A stretch of 64,000 nt of DNA, taken from positions 1,088,838 through 1,152,837 of the forward strand of contig NMRA01000014.1 in the NCBI GenBank assembly GCA_002633005.1, read 5' to 3'. The stretch comes from Phoronis australis. Its lineage: Eukaryota > Animalia > Phoronida. The notes beneath the pieces were generated by a model that saw nothing but the letters and a program-made list of their open reading frames with translations, had not been told where the DNA came from and searched no databases. Shown here piece by piece: positions 1-13,200 of the stretch (position 1 is its first letter; every line of letters begins with the position of its first letter). The position numbers were made by a program, and so were the translations under genes.

Positions 1-1253
1 CGATTATTGGCCATTTGTGTCGGTTTCAGAAACGTTGCTTTGAAAACTCCCCACACGGCGGTCCATGGGGTCAAGTCCTGCAGTTTGCGGAGTCTGCGGT
101 GCCGATGGCGGAGCGCTGGCAGTCCGGTCTGTCCCTGCGTTGGCGGTCGTGATGTCGCGGACTAAGTGCCGACCGGCATATATATTTTATGTGATCTCTC
201 AGTATGGCATCTGGAGCGGTCCACATACTGAAAGGCCTGACCGGCTGCCCTACGGCCACGTATCCATTAGGCCTACGGTTGGCGGAGGACCGTCCAACTG
301 GAAGAAATTCGCGCCCGCTGTCCCGCTGCCAGAAAGTGACGATCCAGTAGGTGATCGCTGTCTTAATCAGCAAGTTTTTGCGGGTTTTAGTTAAGAAACG
401 AAATGTGTCGATTCCACCGTCAAAAACCGACACATTTTAAAATGCGCGTTTTCACTTTACCCTATATCGTGCCATATATCGCACATAGAGCCAAGAGGGA
501 CACCTTAGCAGGTTTTCATTGTCTTTAAATCCTTCCCAACTAAAACAAATATTCTCGTAATCAAACTTTTTCTTCGATCAGTCCCTCGTTCAGTTGCCCA
601 AATCAGCAACTGACCATTTGTAAGTCTGCCCACTCCAGGAGATCGGACGTCATACCACAGTTAGTTTTTAAAGACATTAATTTATGGTACATGCATCATT
701 CCAAAGTTGCATATTTATTCAGTTTTGTACCAAGGCTGTAGCCAGCTAACTGTGTGTGACTGATGAAAACAGTACAAACAGAATGTCACATGATGTATTC
801 AGTATTTGACTCATGGTAACTGCTCTTACTGTCCTGTGCAGTACAAATTCGTTTTTCTGATCTCATTTCAGATGCTTATGCTGCTACTAGTAAATTACAA
901 CAGAGGGCAGGTGAAGTTAGACAAAACCGAGTTAACTGGGCATCATATTTCCAGTAAGTTTGAGTGTGCTGTTACTTTGTTTTTGGCCATTTATTGTGAA
1001 ATATGGTCATCTCAAGATGTAGGGTAAACTCCCATCAAATTAGGTTGTAATTTCGTGGACAAATGAAATTTTATTTTAATTTTTTTAATAAAATTTATTT
1101 CATCTTTTAGCAGAATTTAAGTTGCAGCCTGAGTAAACTACTAATTGTCAATTTAAAATATTCAGCAATAGTTGGATATAACATGCTGGTATTTGTAGAA
1201 CCAGTTTCATGCCCGTTATACAGTGGTGAAAAATGGCCTGGCTCTCTTTGCAG

Positions 1254-4200
1254 GGGTCAGATGATATCCCAGGAAGAATACAGTGTTATTAAACAGATTG
1301 ACAATGTTAAACCAGAGGACAGAGAGACATTCATTAAAGAGAATTCACTTCAGGTAATAGTCACTGCAAATTGTTCTGTCTGCTTCAGTTCTTACTATTG
1401 GGTATTTTGGCAAACATGTTCAGACTTTTACATGAATTAATGGTATTGAGAATTTGTTGATTGTGATATGAGCATTGGAACTTCATCTGGTTAGGGAAAA
1501 TGACTCTGTATATGGTTGTTTACAGGTTGCTAAAGTGTGCATTGGGTTGATTGGTCACCTGGCCAAAGACCAGACATTACAGTATACCCTCACCTTGATT
1601 GATGACATTCTTCAGGTAAGTTGCTAGAACTAGGAAAAGGTGTTTTGACTGAAGATATTGATTTCTATTTTTCATGAATTTTGGTAGTAACTGGTACTGT
1701 CACAGGGGTCAGGTCTCCAGTTGGACGTCAGATTTCGTTTAAGGACTTGGTAAAATCTCAAGTCGCCACAAATTCGCCACACACAGAGCTAAGAATGCAT
1801 TCAAAATACCACTGGAAATAAATAGAAGAGAGACAGATATGTTCAACAAAACCACACAAGGGTTAGGACCTTTCATGAGTCATGCTCAGTTTGTATGTGC
1901 CAATCGTCTGCCTCTGGTTTAGGAGGGGAGTCTGCATGAAATATTGTGTTGTGGGGTAAGGAAATTGGTTTACCAAGCACGTGAGACACTCCGAATTTTC
2001 CGTATGTCTCAAAAATAAAAGTGTAATCCAGGTGATCACGGGTGCCTTGTCAGACATTTGGAGATGTTGCCGCTTCTTTAATTCAGGCATTCTGTTGTTT
2101 TTTTTTTCAATTTAGATTGTTGCCAACTGTGCTTCATCTGCAAGGGACAAGACAATCACATACCCCAAGTAATGTTTCCGTGTTTTGCCGTCCTCAGTTC
2201 CCGTTTAGCATCTAAGAATTTTGCCAAGTCACATTTAGCGAGATACTTTTATGCTAAGCATCGAGCTCTGAATAGTTTATCCTTCAGTTGTTCAAAGTGA
2301 CCATGACGTATAGAGATAATGTCTTCTCTTGAGTCTGGCAGCCATCTTGTATCTGACTACCGCCATGCTGATCAGTTGGGTGGTTTGATTGTGTGTCTAG
2401 AAAGTCCACCAAGTTCCTGAACTGCGAGTCATGGATTTGTGACTTCCATTCGTTACGCTAAGTTCAGTATATAGCAGGGCTTGGAATTTTCCGCGGAAAC
2501 GCAGATTTCCGCTTTTTTCAAATGTGCTTTCTGCTTTTTTATAATATTTCCGCGTAAAAAAATCGGATTTGATATAAAATTACCGCGGCAAATTCCTTTC
2601 TTACCACGGCATTGCAGACGACGTTCACCTCGAAAAGCGGAAGTTGCTCTTTATGTTTCGGAGGAACGTAAATTGTCAACATTGCCGGGGCATCTGGGAC
2701 AGCCTGGTGTGATTTTCACTGGCGTCTCGTGTTATTGTTAAGCGCGGCGGCAAATACTACCGCTCTGCAGCCAAAAATGTGTGGATTGGGAGTGGACGGG
2801 CGAGCTAAAAGGACGCAGACGCATGCTACTGATGGTGGTAACGTTTTTTTTTTTAGTCCTCCCGATTTTTGTCGGGGAAAGGTTCACATTGACCATTTCA
2901 AGACTGTTTATCGGGCATGATTTGGGCCGTAAAAGTTTCAAAGTTTCCGCGTTTTTTGTAATTGGTCATTCCAAGCCCTGATATAGGCACGTATTATAAT
3001 CAAAGTATAATTTGCCAAGTTCTTTGTTTACAGGAGGACAAGTCAAGGGTGGAGATGTTCAAGAGTTATGCTCGATCCCAGAAGGAATCCATCTATGGTG
3101 TATTCCTGCACATGTTGAGCAGACCTGATGGCTTCATTTGTAACCAGGTAATGTTTTGATTTTGTGGTATATTCTTGCACATGTTGAGCAGACCTGATGG
3201 CTTCATTTGTAACCAGGTAATGTTAAAATTTTGTGGTGTATTCCCGCACTTGTGGAGTAGACCTGATGATGTCATTTGTAACGAGCTACTGTTCAGGTTT
3301 TGTGGTGTATTCCTGCACTTGTTGAGTAGCCCTGATTACTTCATTTGTAAGGAGGTAGTGTTCAGGTTTTGTGGTGTGTAGTCCTGCACTTTTTTATAGC
3401 AAACCTCGTCCAATGTCTCTTATTTTACATTTGTAATCTTTGGTAATTCTTTAATGGCTTTGTGTGTCGTCCAAATGTGAGAGTTGTTTAAGACAACTTG
3501 AAGTATTTGACAAATCCATGGACTATTTTCAAGCCCTTCAAGTTTATACATTGGGTAAATTTACACACTGTGGGCTCTTATCAATGCTCTTGTGTTGTTC
3601 GTGTTACAAATCTAAAGCTCTTGTTTTGCAGACTAGCAGAATTATTGCGAAAATGGCATGTTGGAGCAAGGAAGCAATGGAGGGTAAAGATCTTGTCTAC
3701 TATGTGACCTGGCTGAAGGAACAGCTCAAACACCATGTGAGTACATGTCTAAGAGTACTTCATAATGGCAAAGATCTTGTCTACTATCTGACCTGGCTGA
3801 AGGACCAACTCAAAAACTATGTGGGTACATGATTAAGTTTACTTCGTAAGGTAGGAGTAAATATCTTGAATGTATACTGTATGGCTTGGCTGAAGAACAA
3901 GCTTAAGCACCACGTGAGAACATGACTAAGATTACTTCATAACATTAATTTAATTTAATGATACTTAGGAATCTGACATTAGAAAACTTGGAGTGTGCGT
4001 GTGCGTGCGTGTGTGCATGCGTGTGTGTGTGTGTCAATAATGTCTTTGGTTTCAACTCGATTTAAGATAATTGTTACTTATGATTTAAACCAAATATGTC
4101 TGTGGACCATGCTCAATTTGTTGCCAGCCATTGCCAGATTTTGGTCATATAAGAGTTGTTTTCCTCCAAGCTTGAACAGTGAATAATACCAATGCAATAA

Positions 4201-7200
4201 TAACCAATACAGTTATTCCATGGGAGATAACGATGCGACGGGAAAACATGATGAGCATGCTGCGATGTTCTATAGCAGACGGTCACATGACTTGTGTGGT
4301 TTGATTGACCAGTGTCAACCACAAGAAAATTTGAATATTTTCTTAATTTTTGTTTTGTCAGTTTTGTGGAGTTAATTGCTCAAATTGAAATGGAGATAAA
4401 TGTACTATTAAATATCGTTGGCAGTTATTTCTCGTGTCTAGACTCCTTATTGGAATTGGAGGAGTTGTCGCTGGAAGAACAAGCGCCATTTGTGTGATAA
4501 TTCCTTCAAATCCCAGGAGAGATCTAGATATGAGAAGTAACAATTTCTGTATTTTAGTTTGTGATATGCTGTTATAAGAATAAGTTATTTTTGTGGACAT
4601 GTTTTTTCTGTCTAATCTACAATAAAATTTTGTCTTGACCATCTTCCTTTATCTCTTCACTCCGTCTTGGACAGAAGATGAAGGTAAAACATGGGCCAGC
4701 ATGTCCTTCAGATTTTGGTTTAGTTGTTAGCTATTACACTGGTACAGTAGACAGCCACAACCACTTATAAGTTTGCTGTACTTTTTCACAGTTTCCTTTA
4801 AAGTGTACTCCCAGCGTAGTGCGCAGCAGTCACATGTGTTCCCACATTTAACTTTATTTTGTTGAGTGCCACCAGTTTATGTTGTATTGATCCGAATGAA
4901 ACATTCCTTGGCCTAGCCTTGCTCATTGTACTCCTTACTTCAAGCTATTAACAAACACGAATAGCTGCATGTTCTATGTATCTTGTTTCTGGTACATTCA
5001 AATCAAGGCTTACATTGTTGAGATTGTACTCTGCAGTTCATGTATTCTAAGTCACAGATTTGACTGTAACATAGTGTAGGGTAAGTTTCGACTGTTAAGA
5101 TAATTTAGAGTAACTGTTGCATCACTTTTGAGCAGCATCATCTTGTTGTCATACCAGTGGCATTGTATTGTTATTATACCTGTTTCATTGTATTGTACCT
5201 GTGTCATTGTGTTGTTGTACATGTGTTCTTCAACTGTTTCAGAATAACGAGTACCTCCAGAGTGTTTGTCGGTGTCTACAGATGATGCTGAGAATAGATA
5301 CCTACAGATTTACATTCCTGGAAGTTGAAGGCATCACCACGTTAGTATTCTGGCTTCGCATCTCTATAGCTTTCTCATTTGAAGTGTCAAACGTTCGAAC
5401 ATCAGTATCAATTATTTGACCTTCAGTTTTTACACCGTAACAAGTTATTTGTTCTTTTTAGAATCACCTCAGTGTTGGCTGGTAAAGTTGGCTTCCAGAT
5501 CCAGTATCAGCTGATCTTTTGTTTGTGGTGTATGACTTTCAATGAGGAACTGTGTGAAAAGTTGAACAGGTAAGCTCGCCTGTAAACCTCTAAAGGTCAT
5601 GTCATGTCTTAGTTTCAGAAGTTTGTGTAATGCACCACGCAATCATTACAAGACAAGTAGAATGTAATACATTATTTACAAATGCCTTCTCTCCTGTAAT
5701 GTGCACCACATTATAAACTTGGGTATTCACAATGCAAGTCAACATGTAGTACACAAGTATGCATTGACTACAAAAGCTAACCAAGTCAAAACCACTTCTG
5801 TAGTCCGTTTCTTAGTTACTGTTGTGTAGTGCAAGACTCCATGGTGACTGTGCAGTTGAAATGGAAGAAGAAGTCTTGGTTTTTGATACATTTGAATTAA
5901 AATAATGTTGTTCAATAAGGTAATGTGAATGAATAAGCAAATCAGTAGACGACTAGTCAAAGTCTTTCAGATGTCATTTAAAGTTACTGTGGTTTCAGTT
6001 AATAGTTCCCCCATTTTTAAAAATCAAGAATTCAGCTGTGTTAATTTTTCTTGCTGAGCTTTCCCAACAGTGTTAAGCTTTTATGAAATTAAAAAGGGAA
6101 ATTTGGCAATTATTTTTGTCCAAAATTGGTGGGATTCTGCTTTAAATCAGCCTTGAGCATACAAGGAATTCTCGCCTTCTGCACCGGTTGCTCATCCTTT
6201 GCTGTGAGGTACGAAATAGCGGTACACCTTCAGATACGGCAGGCAGGTCAGCAGCTTCGGTTTGGCTTCTAAAGCGTTTCACATGTTAGCATCATTCTGT
6301 TGTCTGGATACTTAATAAGTCAAGCCGAGAAAATACTGTTGTGCCGTGGGGTGCATTGCCGATTCAAGCAAGTGGGATAAGTTGGATAAATGTCCATGTA
6401 TGCAGGATGTCACATTTCACCCCTTCGCGATGGCATTGGGAAAATATGCCCACCGTGTGCACAGCGCCACCATTGTACAGTCGCTGAAATCTTACCTCAG
6501 CCGATAAGAGCATTACTCGGCAAAATTGCGGAATACAGCTTTTATTTGACAGAATTTTCCTGTGGCGTGCAAAAGGTGTACCTAAAGAACTTTACTAAAT
6601 GTTCTAGCACATGATGTTCCAAAGTTAGCAGAGGGTGGACATTTTTCTAGAGCTCTACGTCGCATGAAGATAATTTAGTCATGTATTAAGTTTAAAATAT
6701 AAGAAAGTGCTCAAGTACCTAATACTTGAAAAACATTGTAAACATGCTTTCATAATAAAAGACTCTAGGTTTTAAGTTTTGCTCTTCTCTGTTGAACTTT
6801 GGTTTGCAGAATGCTCAGCAATTTTGGTGCTACGCAGGTCGGTCTTAATATTTAAAAGTAACAGAAAATTTGTTGAAATGTTGCAGAATGTCAGTCTATT
6901 ATATCAATTTAGGTGATAAGAAAGCATTTTCTGTTCCATCTTAAAGGACCATCAGTGTAGTGATGGGATTACCAGCCTCGAGCAAGGCTTGATAACACCA
7001 AGGAATACCCTGTTATGACAGGAGCACAATACCCCCAGCTGATGCCCTCAGCTCTAACAGAAGACCGACAGGGAATAACTTGTCTCAGCTTTAGTCAAAA
7101 AAGTGGTTCTCTAATGGTTAAACAAATGTTGCAAATTGTTTAGCTAAGGAGAAATTTGCCATGTTTTTATCATTCATAACTTAATATTTTCTGCTGTTAT

Positions 7201-10200
7201 AGTTTCAACATCATTCCAATCTTGGCCGATATTCTGAGTGAATCTGCCAAAGAGAAAGTCACCAGGATTATTTTAGCTGCTTTTAAGGTATGTCAAAACT
7301 AGCAATGGCTAATTTAAAGGCAGTAAACTTGTTTATGTAAGAAAGAATAATGAATTTGATCAGAAAAACAGATTCATCAATCATGCATTCATTAACAGGA
7401 CTGTTAACTACTGTGACTCATGGTACAATACACGTTACTTCCACTGTCTTGTGTCAGTCTACATTGTGTCACCCCTCACCCTTATATTCAGCATCCTGTG
7501 TCAGTATACCCCATGTCCATGCATCACCCCTCAAGTTTACATTAAGTACCCTGTATCAATGTACCTTGTGTCCATGTGTCACCACACAACTTCACCCTCC
7601 CTGTCCTGTGTTTGCGTAACCTGCATATATGTGTCACCCCTCAACTTTACATTCATTGTCCTGTGTCAGTGTAACCAGTGTCCTTGTGTCACATCTCAAT
7701 TAGTCATGTGTCTTCTGTACTGTTGTTTATAGAACCTGCTGAGCAAGCCCACAGATAAGAATGTGATAGCCGACAATGCACTGACCATGGTCCAGTGTAA
7801 AGTGCTCAAACAACTACAGCTGCTGGATGACCGCAAGTTTGATGACCCTGATATTGTGGAGGACATCGAATTCTTGAATGAGACATTACTCAACAGTGTG
7901 CAGGACCTCAGGTAAGAAATACACGGTGCTCTAGACTGAGCTATAGACACCATCAGGTGAGACAAACCTGATATGTAAAGAATCGACTTCGTCTTAACAT
8001 TTCAACTATAATTAAGCCTGCCCAACAGTTTTATCACTCCTGGCGAACTTTGTGTCATGGCATTCTTTTTGTGAAACAAAAAACCACTGGCATATCAACT
8101 ACAGCAACAACTTAAGAATGTTTAATATGCAAACTGTAAAACTACAAAATTAATTATTATAGAGGTTATTTAACCTTCACTGGAGTACTTGTACCCTTTG
8201 GACAGATGATCATGACTATGGAGATTTTTAAAATGGGATTCCACAAAGCTAAATATTATGTTTGGAACAAATGTATTGTCACGATCAGCCAGGACAGAGG
8301 AGGCTATCATGACTTTAAACAGGAAGTAGTCTAACAGTGTTAGCCTCATTTGGGATTTTCTCTTAATATGCATATGATCTCATGAATAAGAGGATTCATC
8401 CGCCAATTTTTGGACAACTTGCCTTTTGCTCCCTAGAGGCTATTTGGTAGTAGTCACTTACAGGTGTTGCAGATCTTGAGAACCAGTTATGTCCATCATT
8501 CATTGGAGAAAACTGGGTCTCACTGAAAATGCAGGGCTTCCTTTAAGTGACAGTTATCAGCCAGTTCTAAGTTTACTGGTTTTCTTCACGCTGGTGTATA
8601 ATGGAATTTCTTTGTGATAGACAATCCTACCTACTCGGGACGGTCAAAATTCTGGAACCTCAAGTCTTTGTCCTGGAACCCCAAGTCTTTGTCCTGGAAC
8701 CCCAAGTCTTTGTCCTGGAACCGCAAGTCTTTATCCACATGAAAAGTCTGTGGACGTGAAATCGTGTGTTCAGCAGAAAACTAGTTGCATAAGGATAAAA
8801 GTTATCAAAAGAAACAATTAATAGAATTGCTAGTTTTAGTCCACAACATGTTTTTGCCAGAAGGCTCTGAAGTCACCGCTAAAGCGGTAATTGCCCTGCT
8901 CCACAATAGATTATGGACAACAGATTCGCTACTCCGACATTTTCTTGCATAATATTCTAAAGGAGGCGCCACCCTCTACACATAGCTAACTTCTATTTAG
9001 TGTATTGTGACGGGAAATTCTGGTATCTATTTTGCTGTCCAGTACAATAAAAAAATTATTTTGACATTGATACGTTGTTCAAAGTCTTCCAAAAGTAGAA
9101 CTGTTGGTATCTTGAATACTTTTGGCACCCGACCACACAACAGCCAACCATGATTAACAGGACGATGTACTTGCCGGAAATAAAACGTGCTATGTCTTTC
9201 GGGTGTCGATAATGAATAGTGACGTCACGGCTTATGCATTTGATCACAGATTTCACCCATTGAAAATATACGGAGTTGGCGGCCTATGTCTAGGGCTCCA
9301 CTGAAAAGAACCCCATATTGAAATTTGCGAAAAACAAACTTCTTAAGGACAGTGGTTCTTGCAAATATCTTACTAAGTACAAAGTGCCTTGAATCTGTCT
9401 GTGTTTCTAATGCACTTCCTTTATGGGAAATTAATAAAATAATTATGATCCATCCCCTGTGTCTCTGCTGTATACAATGTACATGGTGGGCTCATATCAC
9501 GGTTCTGTATTGCTCTTGTTGTCATATCAGCTATGATAGCTTTTAAAAGCACAAACTAAGGTTAATATTTTGTGATTCCTTTGATTCCTGTGTTATTCCT
9601 CACTTCTTAATTTTTGGCAAAATTCATTTCAGCGACTGCGTATTTTGCTTATTATAATCATAAAACTTGTTCTGGCTGCAGTTAAGTAAACTGATTCGAG
9701 AATATTTTATTTCATAGTTGTCTTGCAAACTTGTATTTTCATTTAATTTAAGAAATCACATTTTTCGTTGAAGCGCATGTTAGGTGACTAGTGTCTTCGT
9801 CACTCGTTCGTTGAGAACTCATCTGTACCAGACTGATCGAATGTTGTTCGTACTCCTGTGGAGGAAAATAAATAAGTGAATTTCATGACTTTCAAAAGGT
9901 TTGCATAGTGGTCAAGTAACGAGTTTGTATATTGGACATTATATCATTAGTGAGAATATTCAAATTGATGTAAGCCAAGTTATACTATCCTGCTCAGCTT
10001 GCTTTTGACATATAGTCAGAACATACCATTTAGATGTAATGGAGTTGCTGTACCCAGGTTTGTAGTCATTGCATGAAGAGTGCAGAAATTCCCCCGTATG
10101 ATAGAGTCCTCCTCCCATGCGGACTGATGTCAACTGTCCAGTGCTTACAGTGTTGGAACAGCCATAGAACATAGACTGCCATTTGCCATTGGTGTGAAGT

Positions 10201-13200
10201 TGGCCGCTCACAAAAACATAACCATCTGAAAACATTCCTCTTAATAACTTGATGATGTAGCTTTTAAGTGGGTTTTAAAATTTTTGTTTTAAGTGTGAAT
10301 CAAATAGTGTCGGGTCAAAAGTTTCGAACAAGAGCATGTTATGGCTATGAACAAAAGGCCAAGAGCTGCAGGTGCGATGTCAGCATAAGTTGACAAGTCT
10401 GCTGTAACCTTCCCTGTTCTTCTGTTTTGCTGACTTAAGAGCATGCAGGACCTTGTAATTTTAAAATTTTTTTGAAACAAGGAACACTTGTGTAGATGAA
10501 TTTTTTATCTTCATTAATAACTTCTAGTTAAATTTAAAATCAACGTATTGCCTGTTTGTTGTAGAGAAAAATGATTTCCCTGACCCACCTTACTCATGTG
10601 GAAATTTGTTAACTACTACTTACTAATCTAAGTTCAAGAGTTACAGAGCTGTTACTCAAATCAAATCTCCTACTAGGCGTAGAACAGTTCTGTATGTACC
10701 CACAGTCTTTTCATTTACTGAGTCGCCATAATGAGTCAGCAAGGTGTACTTTACAAAGAAAGATGCCGCAGAAAACAAAAACAAAAGTAGTTTTGATCCT
10801 GAGGGAGTTATGCATCTGCGTGTAAACGACCATTTTGAATGAGTCCACCGAGTCCGAGGGCGCCGCAAGGTGTTTGGCCCTTGGTGTTCACAAACAACAG
10901 GTTGTGTAAAAAGATTAATCCTCACAGAAATTCATAAATTTCACCGGTAATTTAATGTTTCGCTGTTTCTATCTTGTGCTCGCAGCGCTCTTTAACCACT
11001 GACTTGATTTCTATTCTCCAATTCATAGTTGGTTTCTTGATATCAGTCTCCCCAGTGTGTGTTCATGTGCTGTGTATCACAATGAACTTTTTACCTACTT
11101 ACTGTTGACTCCGCCTTTGACCTAGTTTGACTCGATGCACTGAGACCTCAGACTAACGAAATTAAAATGTTTTAGTGACAATTTAGTTAATTACACACTG
11201 CTAATTGTGTGTGAATGTTGAAGTAACGAACATGGTTAAGACATTATAGTCTATACTGACCAATAACAAATTTTCATCGAATAATTAACCGAAAACGGTT
11301 ATATTTTGAAGGCTTACAAGGTTTTAGACTTTTTCTCAGCTTTGGCAAGTTGATTTGATTTGAACTTAAGAATACGAGTTCTCTGAAATGACTTGGTAGA
11401 TTTTACTGAATCTTGCAAATTTTAAAATTCATATATCAACTTCATAAATGCTGTTAGGATTTTTAAGTTAATTTTTGTAGAAATTAATTAATACTAAATG
11501 AGTAATTGAAAATTCCTAATAGTGTTTAAGTTTTTATTTAAAGGAGGTTTCATGAAAATCAACTAAAGGGTATTTGTGCTATGAAATTCAATGTACCTTT
11601 TATTCAAAATGAAAATTTGACGTATCAACAATGACGCATATATATAAAGTGTGCTTTTGTCGTCCTTGATCTTTCTTCTTTCAGAAAATACATACTTTTA
11701 CTGGTTGACACAGCTTAGTTTTTCTGGTAATTGACTTTGAATTAACGTTCCTCAACACGGTCCTACATATTTTCCCTTATTACTTTTTGGACCGATATTA
11801 GTGAAGTTCAGTACACTCACTGTAATTTACAATAAGTAGAAGTAATTCATCTGTAAATAAAAGTGTCTTACCAGTGTACTGGTCAGTCCAGGCAGTGCCA
11901 GTGGGTGTTCGGCAATTGAAAACATTCTCCAGGCCAGAAGACAAGGTACTCGACCACTTCGTACCGTTCAGCAATAGCCATGACTGATCAATGCCGAGAC
12001 TGATCAAACTGGCGCTGGCTCCAAACTCTGCTGATGCGATGCCCATACATTGTATGAGCTCCTTTGTCCAATTGACGTCATGGTTACAGGTCCTAGGTCC
12101 ATTTTTGTAGTAAAGCCTGCCGGATAAAAGACAAGTTTCTAAAATTAGTGCCAAAATTTGTGGTATGTGATTGTTCACAATTTTTGCCATTTTTGGCATT
12201 GTACAGAACGTAAATTTTAGGGATTGGGGGGTAGAAGAGGTTGCTGCTATTATCAAAGCTTGAAACCTCCAAAAATATGTGCATAGAAATGCTCTTCTGT
12301 GTTCACAGGAGATTTTGGCCAACCTTTAAAAATAAGTTTATGCAGTGCCGTGTATACTCGGCATTTTGCAAAATTTATTCTATTTTCTAAAATTTTAGCT
12401 GTTCTTGCTTTTACTTGTTGGCAGGAGGTATTGATGTCTGTCACTGTTTTGTTTGCGCCTGCTTCAGGCAGTTTCTTTTTGTGCCTGTCTTAAATATCTA
12501 CCAAGTTTTGTACAGGATCATGGTGAAATATGACACCGTTTTATTTCGGAGAACAATGCTGATGTTGATTTTTGAATGAATTTGACTACTGCCATGCCCC
12601 CTTGCGACAATTTTATTTTTGTACCTGCCATATTCTTTTAAAATCATCATGTAATTTGGAAGGTGTTTTTCTTAACCAAAAAAAATAATTGTAGGCGGTC
12701 TGGTACACGTTATACCAGGCATGCGCAGACCACGCATGTAGGACCATTGCAGTGATCACCTGGAACCATTTTTGTGCTTAACCATTGTGTAGGTATAACT
12801 GATCTGAGGAGCTAGATACCTGACTCAAGGGTCTAGCAGTATGCCCCGGTGGGACTCTAACCCACGACCTGAAGTAAAGGCAGTAGACACTCATATCTCT
12901 GGGCTACACCGCCTCCTTTTTTCTTAACAAGGGCACGATTTGCATTGATTTTCGGACTTCAGTCCATTTTCTGCTCTTCCCGCTGGGGCAGTTGTGCCTT
13001 TCTCCCTTCATGAAGTTTGACAGACACATGTCAGTAAAGAAGATACTAGCTTCTTCCTGGCTTCACACGGCTTCGACATGTTCTGTGCTCCATTGTGACA
13101 ATTTTAGTGCTTTGGATCTGTTTGTTATTTCTGCAAGTCTGTTAGCCAAATGGTTTGAAGGATAGTTTTTAAATCTTATGGATTACTTTCTCGTGATAGA

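Noticed and set aside
65-433. Overlapping 109-aa and 120-aa ORFs in a GC-rich stretch
   Set aside because: No recognisable motif and no ATP6V1H N-terminal sequence; probably an intronic repeat fragment cut by the window edge.
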